NCBI RefSeq assembly: GCF_963921235.1
Contig: NC_086109.1
Location: 28,584,001-28,648,000, forward strand
From: Mobula hypostoma
Lineage: Eukaryota
Reading direction: 5' to 3'
DNA: 64,000 bases
Shown here piece by piece: positions 1-10,903 of the stretch (the first letter of the stretch is position 1; each line of letters begins with the position of its first letter). The notes below the pieces were generated by a model, which worked only from the letters and a program-made list of their open reading frames with translations, was not told the DNA's origin and made no database searches. Both the position numbers and the translations under genes were made by a program.

Positions 1-664
1 AGATTCTTAATGTTAATAAAATGCTAATTGATTAATGGGTCCACATAGCATTACAAAAGATGAATGCAATCATGATCCAAGAGATCCATATTACAACACA
101 TTAATTTGGCAACAGTAATGGCACACTATACTAATTGGGGTAGAAAAATGATAACTGTACAGATCTTCACTTCCAGATTTGAATTTATGCAGCAAGGCCA
201 GACAGCCATATTGAGGTAGAGAAATCACATCAAGGATTTTATTTCATTTGGTGTCAGTAGCGATGAGGTTTTCAAATGCTGACTGCAGCCGGTCACAGAA
301 TCACTCAGTCGCTTCAATTAATTTCTTTTATAATTTTATTTTTGGAAGTATCTGGATACCACAAAGTCTTCACTTAATTAAAAGTTCAAATAATGAAAAT
401 TAATTTGTGTCCATACTCTGCCAAATGTGTAGAGTAGATGACTACATCTCAATTAAAAATGGACAGAAATCAGTACTGTAATATTCTATATCACTAACAA
501 CAGATAAGCTGAGATGCTGTGAGATAATGTTCTTTTCATCTCTAGACACAATTTCTACATGCTGAAAATGTGAAACACTGCTTGACTGTGGAAAGGTGTG
601 GGCTGTTTTAATTTATATCATTATACCAGATATGGACATTGAGCCATGCAGTGAGACCAAAAAT

Positions 665-829
665 GCAGAATCAGAATTAATATCAATGGCATATGGAATG
701 AAATTTGTTAACTTTACAACAGCAGTACAATGAAATACATGATAAATAAATATAGAGAAAAACTGAGTTACATTAAATATATATATATATATATATTTAT
801 ATACATACACACACAGACACACACACACA

Positions 830-891
<62 letters not shown>

Positions 892-1100
892 ATAGTTAAG
901 TTAATATAAGTAGTGCAAAACAACAGAAATAAAAAGTAGTGAGCTTGTGTCCGAGGGTTCAATGTCCATTTAAAAACCGGATGGCAGAGGGGAAGAAGCT
1001 ATTCCTGGATTGCTGATAGTGTGCCTTCAGGCTCCTGTAATTCCTTCCTGATGGTAGCAGTGTGAAGAGGGAATGTCCTGGCTGGTGGGGATCCTTAATA
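665..1100 (-). mobile_element. Rex1/Babar-type LINE, 3' fragment
   Basis: The reverse complement shows an RT C-terminal remnant (IKDP.QPGH..F.LLPSG) and a GATTCT-type tail at about 665-675. A microsatellite lies inside its 3' UTR. Confidence 0.75.
776..891. repeat. Compound (TA)n(CA)n(TA)n microsatellite
   Basis: Directly visible dinucleotide runs. Confidence 0.98.
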
Positions 1101-1846
1101 ATAAGACCAAGGAACGCATACCGATCCTCATAAAGGGATCAGAAGTGGAGGGAGTGAGCAGTTTCAAGTTCCTGGGTGTCAAGATCTCTGAGGACCTAAC
1201 CTGGTCCCAACATATTGATGCAGTTGTAAAGAAGGCAAGACAACCATCATACTTCATTAGCAGTTTAAAACGATTTGGTCTGTCAACAAGTATACTCAAA
1301 AATTTCTATAGATGTACCACGGAGAGCATTCTGACAGGCTGCATCACTGTCTGGTATGGGGGGTATGGGGGGAGGTGGTGGCTACAGCACAGGACCTAAA
1401 GAACCTGCAGAGGATTGTAAATTTAGTCGGTTCCATCTTGGTACTAGCCTACAAAGTACCCAGGACATCTTCAAGGAGCAGTGTCTCAGAATTATTAAGG
1501 ACCTCCAGAACCCAGGGCATGCCCTTTTCTCACTGTTACCATCAGGTAGGAGGTACAAAAGCCTGAAGGCACACACTCAGCGATTCAGGAACAGCTTCTT
1601 CCCCTCTGCCATCCGATTGCTAAATGGGTATTGAACCTGTGAACACTACTTCACTTTTTAATATATATTATTTCTATTTTTTGCATGATTTTTAATCTAT
1701 TCAATATAGATATACTGGAATTGATTACTTATTTATTTTTCTTCCTCTTCTTCTTCTTCTACATTATATATTGCATTGAACTGCTGCTGCTAAATTAACA
1801 AATTTCACGACACATGCTGGTGATAATAAACCTGATTTTGATTCTG
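1101..1846 (+). mobile_element. Rex1/Babar-type LINE, 5'-truncated and frameshifted
   Basis: Translations FKFLGVKISEDLTWSQHIDAVVKKARQ, FYRCTTESILTGCITVWYG and LFSLLPSGRRYKSL..RFRNSFFPSAIRLLN; ends in AATAAACCTGATTTTGATTCTG. Confidence 0.85.
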
Positions 1847-2331
1847 GTAGACACCACGTTCTTAAAGAAAAATAAAACTATCGCAAAGAATTGCTGGGGT
1901 AGGACCAAAAGTATTTATTGTGAGGCAGCCAACTTAAGAGACAAGCAAAATTTTAAAAAAGCAAGGAAAAGCATAATGGACAAATTCCCTGAGAACCAGT
2001 TTCCCATTTCTTATTTCCAGGGTCACCAACAATACCCATCAGGATATTTAGAAAGCCAAATAAAAGACTGCTGGAAAGACTTGTGCCAGGATTGTGCTGA
2101 GGTTAACTTGCTCCACTGCAGGCAAGTGCGGGTCAAGCACAAAGTGTGCATTTTCTGCTCATTGTTATAAATTGAACATATGGCTGGTGAGATCAGCAAT
2201 GTTTAATAGGATTACAGCAACATCAGGTTCAACACTAGCAAGCACAGGTTAAGATCCCATGTGCTGATTCAAAGCCACAAGTTTTAAAAAAGGGGAGGAA
2301 TAATGAGGAAAATCATTTCAGGTGTGCTTAC

Positions 2332-2346
2332 AGATTCCTGGACTGT
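2332..2346 (-). other. Candidate 15-nt microexon of an unidentified host gene
   Basis: Minus strand reads cttcgacttctatctgccAG|ACAGTCCAGGAATCT|GTAAGC. Splice-signal evidence only. Confidence 0.2.
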
Positions 2347-2843
2347 CTGGCAGATAGAAGTCGAAGTGGGCATATCCAAAGTGTCAGTCTGTCGGCCATG
2401 TATATCCATCCACAACTACAGACTCTTTCCTTGCACTGACTCTTCATTCAAGAGCAATGTTTACTGGAGCAGGGATGGCTTAAGCCCCCTTTGGTTCCAT
2501 TGATCTATCATTTCCAAGTTTATTCAATGTTCCATAACAGCCAATAGACCTTTAATCTGGAAGTCGCATCCTAAGCTCCTCTACTTCATAATTCTTCTTA
2601 ATGTTGACAATTGTTAGCAACGCTCCTCTTACAAATCCTTTGGAACATTTGCTATTAAACATAAGCTGCTGAGTTTTAATTGGGGATTAATACTTTAAAT
2701 ATATAACAGAGTAGAATAGTAAAACTCTGGCATTAGAGTTGGTCTGGGTTTCAAGAAAAGTATTAGTTAATAGAAACATTTTAAAACAGAAATGAAAATA
2801 AGTACAAACTTAGAAAAAAATCAAACTATGTCGGATTACTCAC

Positions 2844-2879
2844 CTTAAGTCCAGTAGCTCCTATCTGCCCACCATTTAC
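2844..2879 (-). other. Candidate 36-nt exon (VNGGQIGATGLK in phase 0)
   Basis: Strong donor AAG|GTGAGT; the acceptor (tttacttgtaaAG) is uncertain. Confidence 0.2.
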
Positions 2880-3488
2880 CTTTACAAGTAAACCTCAATA
2901 AAAGAGCTTAAAAACAGAAATGTGTTTGTATACTTAACTTAAATCCACAGATATACATTCTCAGAAATGGATTCTACTACAGTGATTGTGATTTTGGAAA
3001 AATGGATGGGGCAGCTTATATTCAATTTTGATAAGCAACAGGTCGAACACCAATTATTTAAAATAATCTTAATGCATATATTGTCATGGTCCGGATTGGG
3101 GTCACTTTAAATTTACCTTGTTTATGTTACGATCCGGACCGTTGATTCCCTGTTTTTCCGTGTCCCTCGACTTTGGTGATTAGAGGCAATTAACACTCAG
3201 TTAAACCAGTAGTTTATAGTCTCCGGCTTTCAGCCGTTCAGTGCGAGAGCGTCTGCAAAGTCACGGCGTGCCAATGTCATCTGGCCGGAGCAAGCCTAGT
3301 CTCTGCCGAAGCGAGTGCCGGTAATTCGCCCTTCCTCACCGGAGCAACCCTGTCCAGCTACCTCGCCAAAGCAAGCCTGCAAAGTTTCCTCACTGAGGTG
3401 GGTCCGTCAGTTAACCCACCAGAGGGAATCAAGAACCGCTGTCTCTTGTTTCCGGGCCGAGTTGAGAGCTCGCCACTACCCGGAGGCT

Positions 3489-3690
3489 CCAAGTCAAGTC
3501 CTGGCTCTGGCAGCATTCAAGCACCAAGTCAAGTCCTGTCCCTGGCGGCATTCAAGCACCAAGTCAAGTCCTGACCCTGGAGGCATTCAAGCTCCAAGTC
3601 AAGTCCTGGCCCTGGCGGCATTCAAGCTCCAAGTCAAGTTCTGGCCCTGGCGGCTTCCCCGATCTGAGTCAAGTCCTGGCCCTGGCGGTC
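3489..3690 (+). repeat. 35-bp tandem repeat, about 5.5 copies, inside the LTR
   Basis: Unit CCAAGTCAAGTCCTGGCCCTGGCGGCATTCAAGC(A/T) starts at 3489, 3524, 3559, 3594 and 3629. Confidence 0.95.
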
Positions 3691-3824
3691 TGTGATTCCT
3701 GTCCTACCCCCTTGTCTGAATCCCTTCTCTTCCCCCCTCGCCTCTAGCCCTCGTCTGCAGCCCCCGCCTGCACTTCGGTCTAGTTCCATCGCCGGAGCTA
3801 GATAGGTACTGTCTGGTGTTCATT

Positions 3825-4116
3825 CATGTTGGTCTTGTCTTGTCTTGTCCTTGCCTCCATGGGGTAAGTCAGGCCGTCTTGCCGTTACTTCATGGGGGGT
3901 CATGTTTTGTCTTGTCTCGTCCTTGCCTCCGTGGGGGTAAGTCTGGCAGTCCTGCCATTGCCCCGCGGGGAGTTATGTCTTGTCCTGTCCTCGCCTCCGT
4001 GGGGTAAGTCAGGCCGTCTTGCCGTTGTCCCACGGGGAGTCATGTCTTGTCTTGTCTTATCCTCACCTCCGTGTGGTAGGTCAGGCCGTCTTGCTGTTGC
4101 CCCACGGAGGGTCATG
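3825..4116 (+). repeat. ~70-bp tandem repeat, 4 copies, each with an internal inverted repeat, inside the LTR
   Basis: Unit TCATG(TCTTG)nTCCTCGCCTCCGTGGGGTAAGTCAGGCCGTCTTGCCGTTGCCCCACGG(A/G)G(A/G)G. Confidence 0.9.
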
Positions 4117-4772
4117 AGTCCCAGCCCTACGTCCTGTACCCAAGGAGGAGTCCCGACTCTGTGTTCTGTGTATGTGTCCATGGTTCCATGTACCTGCTCT
4201 CCCGAGACCGAGGCTCTGTGTTCCCATGTTCCTCCTCTCCCTAGCCCACGTCATGTCCATGCCTGGTTCTGGGGTCCGAACCCGAGGCAAGACCCAGGTA
4301 CTGGGTCCTTGCCCAGTCTCGGGCTCGGAGTCCATACCCTAGCCTCTTCATGTCTCCTCTAGTTCTGGGAGCCGATTCCGAGTCCTAGCCCAGACCCTTG
4401 GTCCCAGCCTAGTCGTAGTCCTCAGTCCTTGTCCAGTTCGCTACTCCTGCTCCTGCCTAGTTCTCCTGATATCGAACGATAAACTAAATTTAATTAACCT
4501 CACAAGATGTGTCTTGCATTTGGGTCCACCCTTGCTCCCAATGCCCCTGCCATTGTGACATATATACATGCTGGCTTTTAATAGATTAATTTCTATTTCT
4601 GTTCCTGTAACAGACATTTTTACCTGAAGTTGCCTCCAAATTTAATTATTTAAAACCATTACATAGGGTTCAAGAATATCACTGGTGTGTTTTAAAAAGA
4701 CATTTTTTTTCTTCTTTGTGTGATTCCACAGAATTCGGCAAAGTTCATTTATTGGACAGGAAAACTACTTAC

Positions 4773-4823
4773 ATTGTTTTCACAAGGTTCCTGATCTTTG
4801 GGCTTATGCTTTGAATCCATCAT
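4773..4823 (-). other. Candidate coding part of an exon (MMDSKHKPKDQEPCENN, phase-0 donor)
   Basis: ATG ATG is preceded by an in-frame stop, and the frame is open to AAT|GTAAGTAG. Protein not recognised. Confidence 0.2.
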
Positions 4824-5084
4824 GAGGAATTCTTCTGTGGTAGTTGAACCTTGCCTGATTTATAAATGTCACATGTCCAGGAATTTCCTGCCCACAAGCT
4901 AGCAAAGCCACATCCCAGTTTTGCTACTTGTCAAACATCAAGGACTTTGAAAGCTTCTGAATGCTAATGACATATCCTTCAAGAACTACTAAAAGCCAAT
5001 TAAAAATTAAATGTTTTAAGAAAGAATTCAAATGATTTAAAAACAGAAATAAGCAAAAAAAAGAAGAGCACAATTATTTGAAAA

Positions 5085-6020
5085 GAATCCCCAAGATGTT
5101 GCTTGGAATGGAGGCTGTACTTAGAAAGAGATACTGGATAAGGTGTGTTTGAAACAGGGTGCTGAGGAGTAAACTTATAAAGGTTTCTAAGAATAATACA
5201 GCATAGGTAAGCTGGAAAGTTAGGCTTTTACCCAGGCATGGTAATCCAGAACTAGAGAGCACATGTTTAAGGTGAGAGGAAAGAAACAGAAAGGAGATCT
5301 GAGGTGTAAGTTTTTCAGACAGTGGCCTGTGGTTATCTGGAACGAGCTGCTGGAAGTAATAAGGGACCTAAGAGATGGTCTAGGCCTCTGCTCAGCCCTC
5401 AAAGGCCAGTGACATGGATGAGCAATGAAAGACATCAATGGATGGCATGCTGTCCCAGGTTGCTGGATCCTGGGACTGGATGACCATGTAATCAGGAGTC
5501 ACGAGGGCCGGCAAATGGATGAGCCCAGAGTTTGCGCTGTGGAGTTTGGGGCTCCTGTCATTGGGTAGCCCTGAAGTCATTACAGAAGATCGAAGCCGAA
5601 ATGTCAATCTGAAGTTGAGAAAACAAAGCCTGATGGCTGAAGTCTGGGGGTTGGAAGTCCGGAGCCCTGCCTTGGGTTCGAGGTCTATCTATGTTTATGG
5701 GTAGATGGAAGGTCTGTGTTGCTGCAGTTGTTTTGTTGCTTGCTGTGCCAGTGTTGTTCTGTTGAGTATTGTGGGACCATTATGTTGGCCTCCAGAACAT
5801 CCTTAGATTGCATTAGTTGTTAATGCAAACAGCAAATTTCACTGTGCTTCTCATAAATAAATGAATCTGACTGAATCGACAATAATAAAAAGGCATTTGG
5901 ACAGGTAGTCAGACAAGAACAGAATAGAATGATCCAGTCTTCATACAAGCAAATGGGTATAGTGTAGATAGGCATCACTGTTATCATGGACAAGATGGGC
6001 GAAAAGGGCCAATTGCTGTC
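5085..6020 (+). mobile_element. Old CR1 3' remnant interrupted by a non-autonomous SINE-like repeat at about 5365-5878
   Basis: CR1 motifs TRE(G)HMFKVRG and WNEL, plus the 3' UTR (gatgggcgaaaagggcc). The insert ends AATAAATGAATCTGA and resembles 15835-16340. Confidence 0.6.
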
Positions 6021-6559
6021 TTCCAGTCAAATAAATGTGATCACCTTTCCTTGGACAGGTCTAATGGATTCTGGGTTCAGCAGCAGGTTCCTCATCAGTA
6101 GTGCTGGAGAGCTCACATTGCACTAGGCTGGAGTGCAGTCCATATGGAAGTCAGGATCAGATACCAGCTGGCACATTCAGGAGTCTCAGGTTTACGCAGG
6201 AAAAGGTGGATCAGCATCAAAGTGGCAGCATTTCCATATGGTAGGTAAAAACTCTCTTTGAGGAATCATATATTATTTTATGAAAGGGGAATGAATTCTG
6301 AAGATTGGAGAACATTTGAGTATTGGCTTTATGGGCCACTGGGAGCATGTTGCTTCTTCCAGAATATCTCCAGGTACAATTTCCTAAGGAGAGATCGGTC
6401 CCAAGGTGGGAAAGATCTATTCTGAATGGCCTTGAAAGAAAGAGAGTTCCCCTATGGGTCTTTCTGTCTGCTAGACAAACTTGACCCTCTATCCCAGGCA
6501 TTGCCTACAAGATTTTCCCCAAACATGGGTAGAGAAATTGAAGATAGAGTTTAAACCAA

Positions 6560-7945
6560 GTAAATGCGAGGTAACACACACAAAACACTGCAGGAACTCA
6601 ACAGGTCAAGCAGCATCTATGGAGGGGAATAAATAGATAACGTTTTGGGGTAACGCCCTTCATCAGGTCTGGAAAGAGAGGGGGTAGAAGCCAAGATAAG
6701 ATGGCATGGGGAGGGGATTGAAGTTAGAAGCTTGAAGGTGGATAGGTGGAAGAAGTAAAGGCTGAGGAAGAAAAAATCAAAAAGGAGAAGGCTGTGGACT
6801 TTAGAAGAAAGGGATGGTCAAGGGGAACCAAATGGAAGTGATGGACAGGTAAGGAGAAGAGCAGAGGTGAGTGAGTAATCAGAATAGGGAATGGAAAAAA
6901 AAAGAGGGAGAAAAGAAAAATTGCCTGAAGTTAAAGCAATTGTTGTTCATGCTATCAGGTCAGAACCCACCCAGATGAAATATGAGGGGATGCTCCTCCA
7001 ACCTGAGTTTGGCCTCGTCATGACAGTAAGTAAGAACATGGACAGGCATATCGGAATGAGAATGAGGTTTGATTTGAAATGGAGAGCTATCAGGAGATAC
7101 TGCCTTTTGCATTGGATGGAACAAAGGTGCTCGGGAAGCTATCCCCCAGTCTGTGTCAGGTCTCACCGAAGTAGAAGAGTCCACTCCGAGAGCACTGGAT
7201 GGAATAAATGAAGAGCTGAAGTGATACCTCACCTGGAAGGACTGTCCGTGTCCCTGAATAGTGGTGTGAGAGGAGGTGTAGCATTTGTCCCACCTGCAGG
7301 GATAAGTGCCATGAGGGTGCTCGTGGGGATTGGTCAAGGGAGTCTGATAGTGAGCAAACAGGGGGGATGCATGAGAGAGAATAATATGGTTTGTGGTAAG
7401 ATCCCGATGGAGACGGCTGAAGTTACAGAGTATCATGTGCTGCGTCGCTTTCAACCTGATAGCATAAACATTGATTTCTGTAACTTCTATCCCCCTCCTT
7501 CTTTCGCACCCTTTTCCATTCCCCATTCTGGTTACTTTTTCACTACTTCTCCTCCCCTTCCCATCACCTCCCTCTGGAGCCCCTCCTCCTTCCTTTTCTT
7601 CCATGGTCTGCTATCTTCTCCTTTTTGATTCCTTCTTCTTTGGCGCTTTACCTCTTCCATCTATCTCCTCCCTGCATCTCACTTAAACTCCACCTCCACC
7701 TACCCACCTACCTTTACCCTCACCTGGTTTCACCTATCACCAGCAAGGTTGTACTCCTTGCCCTCTTCCCACCTTATTATTCTGGTTTCTGCCCTGCATC
7801 TTTTCTAGTTATGATGAAAAGTGTCAGTGCAAAATGCCAACTATTTATAGCCTCTCCATAGATCCTGCCTGATTTGTTGAGTTCCTCCAGCATTTTACAT
7901 GTGTTCCTTAAGATTTCCAGCATCCACACAATCCCTTGTGTAAGT
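6560..7945. mobile_element. Penelope-like element: minus-strand body with GIY-YIG remnant (6560-7450) plus an inverted pLTR (7450-7945)
   Basis: Minus strand at about 7200-7130 reads YSIQCSRSGLFYFGET*HRLG. The C-terminal (Q)PDS(I/M)N motif and pyrimidine-rich pLTR occur on both strands, giving inverted arms. Confidence 0.75.
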
Positions 7946-9734
7946 GTGAGGTAAAACATTTTGAGAATACTAGCAACTCTAAGACATACACCATGAATAG
8001 TAATATCTAAAGCAGTATTAATGTAGATATTCAAGATTCTTAAAGGTGGCTGCACAGGTTGATAATGTGGTTAAAAAGGCATCTGAGATTCTGTCCTTCA
8101 TTAGTTGGACAATTAATCCAAGAGTAGGGAGGTTGTCTAAGGAGGCAGTATTTTGGACAGAGGAAAACAATGTTAAAGTTACAGGTTAATTACATCAAAA
8201 TTACAGATTTTATCAAAACTGGTCAATTCTAACACAAAGGGAAAAGTTTGTTTTTCTAAAATTGCTGAAATGAATATTAAGCCCTGAAGGCAGAGGTATG
8301 GCCAGATGAAAAATGAGTTGTTATTCCTCAGCTTACATTGGAAAAGTTTTGGAGACCAAATACAGAGAGATCAGAGTTGGGATGGGATGGAGAATTAAAA
8401 TGACAGGAACATCAAAGCTCAGGGTTATCTGTACAGACTCTTCGGATTTATTCTGAAAACTATTCTTCCAAAGTGCATTTGTCGTCTAGAAGATCATTTT
8501 ACAACGAAGAATTTTTTAAAAACCCTCAGATAAGATGCTTAAAAGGAAGATGAAATCAAGAAGAAAAAGATGACACTTTCTTACAACTGGTCTTCATGAA
8601 GGTTTCCACAAACTCTGGCTGATTCATAAGGATTTCCATAAACTCTTATGAATAAGCAAAGGTTTCCTACTGGCACTAAGGTGGACAGTTACCCTCGTGT
8701 CTCTGACCAGTGGTCACAGTACAGTTTGGGCCTGAACCCAGGAAACTCAGGGGTTAGCATTGAATAGGCCATGTCTGAATCCACATCTTTAAACCAATTA
8801 GAGAGAGGCACAATGATTTGGTTGCTAGGGAGTTACTACCTGCAGCTCGTTGCAACACATGCCCAATACTTTTCAATACATGTTAGACCAACTACTCTTA
8901 AGCTCCACTGAATTCAGCTGTGTCACTTCATAATAATTTTGGAACTAATTATACCTGCCAAACCTAAACTTAATATTAAAAGATTGCCAATTTCAGCTGC
9001 CTTTATCTTCCAGGCCAGAAGTAGATAGTTTATGGCAATTAATCAATGCTACTTTCCTGGCCATTATATTGAACTCTGAAAAGCAATAATGCAGCCTAAT
9101 GTTCAATTCTGCAATTTAAGGAAATGTTGTACTCATTAAAGTTAGAACATTGCAAATGTAGATTAAAGAACAATGTCATGAAGCGCTCAGAGGATCAATT
9201 CAAAAGAAAATGTTAATGGAAGCAGATTTTAAATTTAACCAATCTATATTTTACTTCAACAATTTAGTCTGCAAATGACATAAGACAGATTTTTTATGTC
9301 CACCAAAGACACAACAGTGTGTAACAACATATTCACTAACAAACATTTTTAAAAATTACATTGGTGTGTGAAGGAGATTCACGTAACTACACATTAAGGC
9401 CCTATTCATTAATTCTTTATAGCAGGTACAAAGAAAGATCAGTATCCTAATCTCAATATAAAGCACATGTGGAGGCCTTCTGATTAAAAAACGATTTCCA
9501 GTTTTCACATTAAAAAATTGGTTTGATCCCAAATACACTATATTTGGGAAGAAGCAAGAATGAGTGGAGAACATGAGTGGACATTTTTAAACCTCATACA
9601 TTCCCCATAAGGAACATTCTAATAACTTGTCATTCTTTCTCAATTCATCTATTCATGCAACCAAGAAGTTTAGTTCCAACAGAAAATGCAAGCATATGCA
9701 GGAGTGTGGATAACTGCTAATATAGTCTTATCCC

Positions 9735-10725
9735 TGCTTAGAGTCATAGATTAATACAACACAGATTCAAGACCCTTTGGCCCAACTGATCCATGTCAAC
9801 AACACCCCCAGCAGCTTCCCTGTTAGTCCCAGCTACCCACTTTCAACCAATCACCCTCCAAGTCCCTCCCCTCCTTGCACCTATCCAAATGCCCTGAAAT
9901 GTCATTGTTAGCCCCCCTTCCCCAACCTTCTCCACTTCCTCTGGCAGCTCATTCCAAGTACTCATTGCCCTCTGTATAAAGAGCACCCCCTCAGGTCTCT
10001 GTTAAATCTCTCCCATTTTAACTTACATCTGTGCCCTCTAGTTCTGGGCTCACAAGCTCTAAGGAAAAGACTGTGATGGTCCATCCTATCCATCAGGTTT
10101 TTATAAACTTCAATGAAGTCACTCCTCATTATCCAACCTTTCAGGGAGTAAAGAGCCATCGTGACCAACCTCTTCCTCTTGCTCAGGTCCTCTATTCCAG
10201 GCAGCATCCTTGTAAATCTCATCTGCACCCCCTCCAGCTTGACCATATCTTTCCTATAATGGGTGACCAAAACTGTATACAATATTCTAAGTGCGGCCTC
10301 AAAAATGACTTATAGGACAGAATAGAGGGGCATCCTTTTAGAATGGAGATGAGGGGGAACTCAGCCAGAGAGTGGTTAATTTGTGGAATTCTTTGCCATG
10401 GGCAGCTATGGAGGCCAAGTCTTTATGTATATTTAAGGCAGAGGTTGATAGATTCTTGATTGGTCAGGGCATGAAAAGATATGGGGATAAAGAAAGAAAT
10501 TGGGGCTAAGAGGAAAATTGGATCAGCCGTGATGACATGGGCCAAATGGCCTAATTCTGCTCCTATATCTTATGGTCTTATATAACTGCAACATAATGTC
10601 CCTACTCCTAAACTTGATGCCATGAAAGCCAGTTTTCTTCACCACAATGTGTACCTGCGCAGTCACTTTCAGCAAACTGTGCACTTGTACTCCCAGGTCC
10701 CTATGTTCCATATCAATTCAGAGCA
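9735..10725. mobile_element. CR1 remnants: a minus-strand copy interrupted by a plus-strand CR1 3' end at about 10316-10575
   Basis: Minus strand HYRKDMVKLEGVQMRFTRMLPG and RDLGVQVHSLLKV; plus strand RVVNLWNSLP and a CR1 3' UTR. Confidence 0.8.
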
Positions 10726-10903
10726 ACTGCAGAAAATGAGTATAATAGCAAGGTGTCAAAGAGGTTGGAAATGGGCTCTTTGCCACCAACCATCCTTTGA
10801 TACTAATCCCACTTTATTTTTTATTCTCCACACATTCTAGAAATCCTGCCCAAATGCTACAACTCACCTACACATGAGGGGCAATTTGCAACTGCCAACT
10901 AAC

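Larger units (their letters stand above)
3082..4560 (+). mobile_element. Solo LTR, Gypsy-like, 1479 bp
   Basis: Termini TGTCA...TGACA; perfect 5-bp TSD TATAT (3077-3081 and 4561-4565); GC-rich interior; 3' GCATTTGGGTCC...GTGACA motif resembling fish Gypsy LTRs. Confidence 0.85.

Noticed and set aside
613..962. ORFs with poly-(CV) peptides
   Set aside because: These are translations of the (CA)n microsatellite.
2844..2870. Gly-X-Y run (GQIGATGLK) suggesting a collagen gene
   Set aside because: Only three triplets, no acceptor directly before the first Gly, and no other collagen-like exons seen in 64 kb.
3489..3690. 35-bp direct repeats resembling a CRISPR array
   Set aside because: The units are contiguous with no unique spacers, there are no cas genes, and the array lies inside a eukaryotic LTR.
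3315..4362. Several overlapping ORFs of 60-156 aa in the GC-rich block
   Set aside because: They are stop-poor tandem repeats within the LTR and show no protein motifs.
8598..8648. Short direct duplication AAGG(A)TTTCCA(C/T)AAACTCT
   Set aside because: Two imperfect copies of about 18 bp, consistent with a local slippage duplication.
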